A stretch of DNA of 63,574 nucleotides, counting the filler. It is 12 parts of 12 records of this genome, joined end to end, with 100 filler letters (N's around TTAATTAATTAA, not from the genome) between each part and the next. Parts side by side here need not be neighbours in the genome. Positions count along the whole stretch, not along the records: positions 60,036 to 63,574 come from SRR7504441_7903; 11 more parts are not named here. The stretch is one strand, 5' to 3'. Within the stretch, counting starts at the first letter, position 1. Each line of letters opens with the position of its first letter. The position numbers were made by a program, and so were the translations under genes. Below, one piece after another: positions 60,592-63,574 of this stretch. Below the pieces are notes generated by a model. It saw only the letters and a list, made by a program, of their open reading frames with translations. It did not search any database and was not told the origin of the DNA.

Positions 60592-61955
60592 TTAAGTGCT
60601 ACTTAAGTGCTCAGTTTGATATGATTGAACAAAATACCACATGTTATCGTAGCATGCCAGCACACAGGCCGGGTTAGCCTCTGGTTTCCGCAGAGGCGAG
60701 CCGAACGGATTCAGGTGTACCCCGGCAGCCGGTTCACGCCCCTCCCTGCCCCGGCCGGTCACCCATGCCGCCACGTAGCCAGCAAACCTCATCATTTCCG
60801 CCATCAGCACCGCTCCTTCATAGCTAAAGTCTGTGAACGCAAACGGGCACCGGCTCGCCTTGATCAGCTCGACCGTCGGGGCCGCTTCTGCCCACAACTT
60901 GGCCAGGTTTCATCCAGCCGCTGGCCGTACCTTCGGGGTAACAATAGAGGCCGGAATTGAGCCCGAGCACCGCATCGGGCACTTTGCAGTGCAGCTCCGG
61001 CCTCCTGCTGGCCAGTTCGGCCCACCAGCCTGCCAGGCACCGGGAAGCTGCAAAGTCATGGTAAAGGCCCGTATAGAAGCGCACCACTAGCCCTCCTGCG
61101 CCCGTCACTCAGCCCAAGCCCGCCCCGGCACGTGCCCTGATCGCCCGGCTCGACTAAAGCCTTGCTCGTCCCGTGCCAGGAGCTCGGCACCGCCGGCCCG
61201 ACCATGCACAGCTCGATCAGCCGGCCGGGCTGCAGCCGGGCCAGCTCGGCCAGCGTGCTAATCAGGTCCAGCTCCTTCTCCGGCCCGAGCCAGTCCACAC
61301 GGCACCAGCCAGCCCGGGCCGGCAGCCCCAATTGGCACATGAGAAAGTAACCGCTCAGCGCAAAGTGCATCACCAGCCCCACTGGGTCGGCCCGGTCCAG
61401 CCCGCGTGCCTCAAAATACTCCCGCCAGCAGCTGAGCCGGCCGGCCGGCCCCGGGCCGGAGGGGACTGGGTCCGGCCCGCTGGCAGGCTCGAGGGCCCCG
61501 AACGGGACGTGCCCAAAGCAGCCGCACTCCCGGCGCCAGAGGCCCACCCGGTGGACGCCCAGCTGCTCGAGCCGGATCGATCTGCCCCCAGGCTCGGCGG
61601 CACCGACCGGCCGGCACATGTCGAAGTCGGGCTGGGCCATCTCGTTGGCCTGGTCGAACGGCAGGCTGGCCGGCCTGTGCTGCTGCTCCAGGGCCAGCCG
61701 AGCGAACCGCGGGCAGGCCTCAGCGTGCCCGGCCACCCCGCGTCGCCAGCTCCGCCGCTGGCACCGGGCGGAGCAGTAGTAGACTGCTCGGCAGCCCGGG
61801 CAGAGCACTGGCTTCTGCTCGAGCCGGCCGCACTCAAAGCAGCGGAACCCGTCGGCTGGTCGGGCCGGGGTGCACCGGGGGTGGCCGACGCAGCTGCTCG
61901 CCTGCTCGGCCTGGAACGAGGCCTCCAGCCCGCTTAGCAGTGCCTCCACCTCCAT
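60592..61955 (-). CDS. MYND zinc finger plus MSS51-like C-terminal domain protein (multi-intron)
   Basis: CFECG..CPGCRAVYYCSARCQRRSW..H..C; SCWREYFEARGL, LGPEKEL, MVGP, GLYHD, PDAVLGLNSG, NPFGSP. Confidence 0.85.
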
Positions 61956-61978
61956 CAACGGCTTGAAACTCGGGCACG

Positions 61979-62361
61979 ATGGATTCGCGCTCAGCCGCTG
62001 CTGGAGCCGAGAGCCGGACCGAGCAGGCGGGCCGGGTAACGACGCTGCGGCTGCGGGCGGGCCCGCAGGCGGAGGAGGATGATCACCGGGTGCACTGGAC
62101 GGAGGACACGGTGGACAACGAGCACCTCGGCCGGAAGAAGTCCAAGAGTGCCCCGGCGCCGGGGGGGGGGGCTCAGCCCGGGGGTCAGTGTGCTGCGTGT
62201 TCCACAAGCGGCGGCAGTTCGGCGAGAGCTCGTCTGACTCGAGCGACGACGAGGGGCACGGGCACAGCTGCGGAGGGCACGGGCACGGGCACGGCGGGCA
62301 TGGGCACGGGCACGGGCATGGTGGGCACGGCGGGGCGCCGGGGGAAGGAGGCCAGTCTTGA
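61979..62361 (+). CDS. YPI1: Protein phosphatase 1 inhibitor-3 (PPP1R11/Ypi1), His-Gly tail (1 intron)
   Basis: RVHWTEDTVDNEHLGRKKSK/MCCVFHKRRQFGESSSDSSDDE. Confidence 0.92.
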
Positions 62362-62536
62362 GACCTGCGCTGACTGCACGGATACCTTGATATAGAGCTA
62401 ATGAGAGAGAGAGTGGCGCGATGAGTAGCGCCCGCATCTTTCACCAAACTAAAACAATATAAATGTACTCGTACTGGTACAATAGCGTCAATACTCAATA
62501 GTCTTTGGCATTACCGCCAAGAGCGCTCTCACACGC

Positions 62537-63574
62537 TCAAAAGTAGTGAGAACGGGTACTGGCCGGCAGCTGGCTCCGGCTGGGCACCCCGGCATGCTTG
62601 GTCAGCCCTGACGAGCTTGCATGCTTGTAAGCCTCCGCTGTCAGAGAAGGCGAGAACGGCAATTGCCTGTAGAAGCTAGTTCGCTTGCCGGCAGCCCGGA
62701 GCCTCGCGTCCCAGGCCTCCTGATAGTCCTCGCCCGACCCCTCCGACTGTTCTCTGTCGCCGCAACCTCGGACCTGCCAACAAGCTCAGCCCAAGCTCGC
62801 GCTGTGACCCACCCTGTAGCTGCGCGAGTTGAGCGCATGATTCACTCTTGAGACCGGCCGGGCCGGGACTAGCTGCACCGCCGGCTCGGCCACCAGCGCC
62901 TCCGCCCGGGAGATCACGCCATCCCCGTTGAGGTCCACAGCCTCAAACCGCTGCGGACCCGTAAGTGGCGCCAGCGAGCAGGCTCACCTTGGCGCGGTCA
63001 TCCCGGCTGCTCCAGACTTGGCCGAACGTGGCCAGCCCGCCGGTCCGCCAGTTTGGGGCGAGCACTCGCGAGTCGCTCGACGGTGGACGGTGCATATCCC
63101 ATTGCTGCATACGTTCGTGGTCCTCCGCAGCCAGCAGCATATCTGCCTTGGCCAGCACGAGCTCTCGCGAGCCCGCCGCCTCCCTGGCCGCCTGCGCCTC
63201 GTACTCGGCGATCTTGGCCGCACGAATCTTGGCCGCTTCGCACTCTGCGGCTTCCCTCCGGATCGTGGCAATCCGAGCCTTCTCGGCCGCCTCGGCTTCA
63301 GCCCGGGCGGCCCGCTTCTTGGCATCGAGCTCGGCCGCCTTGGCCGCTTTGATCTCCCGCAGGCGGTCGGCCCCGGAAGCTGGCTCGGCCGCCTGGGCCC
63401 GCTCGCGGACCCGCCTGTCCTCCGCTGTCTTGCGCTCGGCCTCGCGCTGCGCCTCGGCTCGCCGGCTGGCAGCCTCGGCCTCCTCGCGCAGCCGTCGCTG
63501 GTGCTCGCTCCGCCTGGCCTCCGCCTCGGCTTCGGCTTGCGCCTTCTGGGCGGCGGCTTGGGCGGCGGCCTGCT
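62537..63574 (-). CDS. Ala/Glu/Arg-rich coiled-coil protein with one EF-hand, 3' part
   Basis: AEAR-rich frame, then after a 37-nt intron RFEAVDLNGDGVISRAE; 3' end tentative. Confidence 0.55.

Noticed and set aside
62255-62330. His-Gly repeat tail of YPI1 as a novel metal-binding module
   Set aside because: Low-complexity His-rich tails are common in inhibitor-3 homologues.
61956-62498. Cys/Pro-rich N-terminal extension of the 480-aa ORF 61056-62498
   Set aside because: It is the antisense reading of YPI1 and its His-Gly repeat; the MYND gene most plausibly starts at 61955.
1-63574. Alternative genetic code or programmed frameshifting to explain broken ORFs
   Set aside because: Nearly all breaks resolve with 35-53-nt GT/GC-AG introns, and TAA, TAG and TGA all serve as terminal stops.
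1-63574. tRNA, rRNA, snRNA or intact transposase genes
   Set aside because: None recognisable by eye; a covariance-model scan would be needed to exclude small RNAs.

Overview
This window is eukaryotic nuclear DNA, not one locus. It is 12 unrelated contigs joined by artificial 100-nt N44-TTAATTAATTAA-N44 linkers, so adjacency is meaningful only inside a contig. The genome is GC-rich, very gene-dense and uses the standard code. Nucleus-encoded SDH3, COQ6 and FAM210-like genes indicate a mitochondriate protist, and I saw no plastid-type gene. The fragmented ORF track is explained by many tiny spliceosomal introns (mostly 35-53 nt); about one in five of the ~90 I modelled by eye uses a GC donor. 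About 40 genes or gene fragments can be assembled. Best candidate for an undescribed system: a single polypeptide at 48686-52464 joining a propionyl-CoA-synthase-type (3-hydroxypropionate) ligase, a PKS dehydratase, an ACP and a hot-dog thioesterase, possibly an ACP-tethered 3-hydroxypropionate/acrylate converter. Other highlights: divergent start codons only 23-57 nt apart sharing a YAACGG motif; a TACGAGTAC motif recurring in 3' spacers; a CAP-Gly-PPEF phosphatase; an F-box-like/cullin-repeat/glutaredoxin fusion; a giant multi-TM cPLA2/patatin-like gene; and bacterial-type secreted glycan proteins. All family assignments come from motif recognition and memory, not database searches, and intron boundaries are manual predictions.
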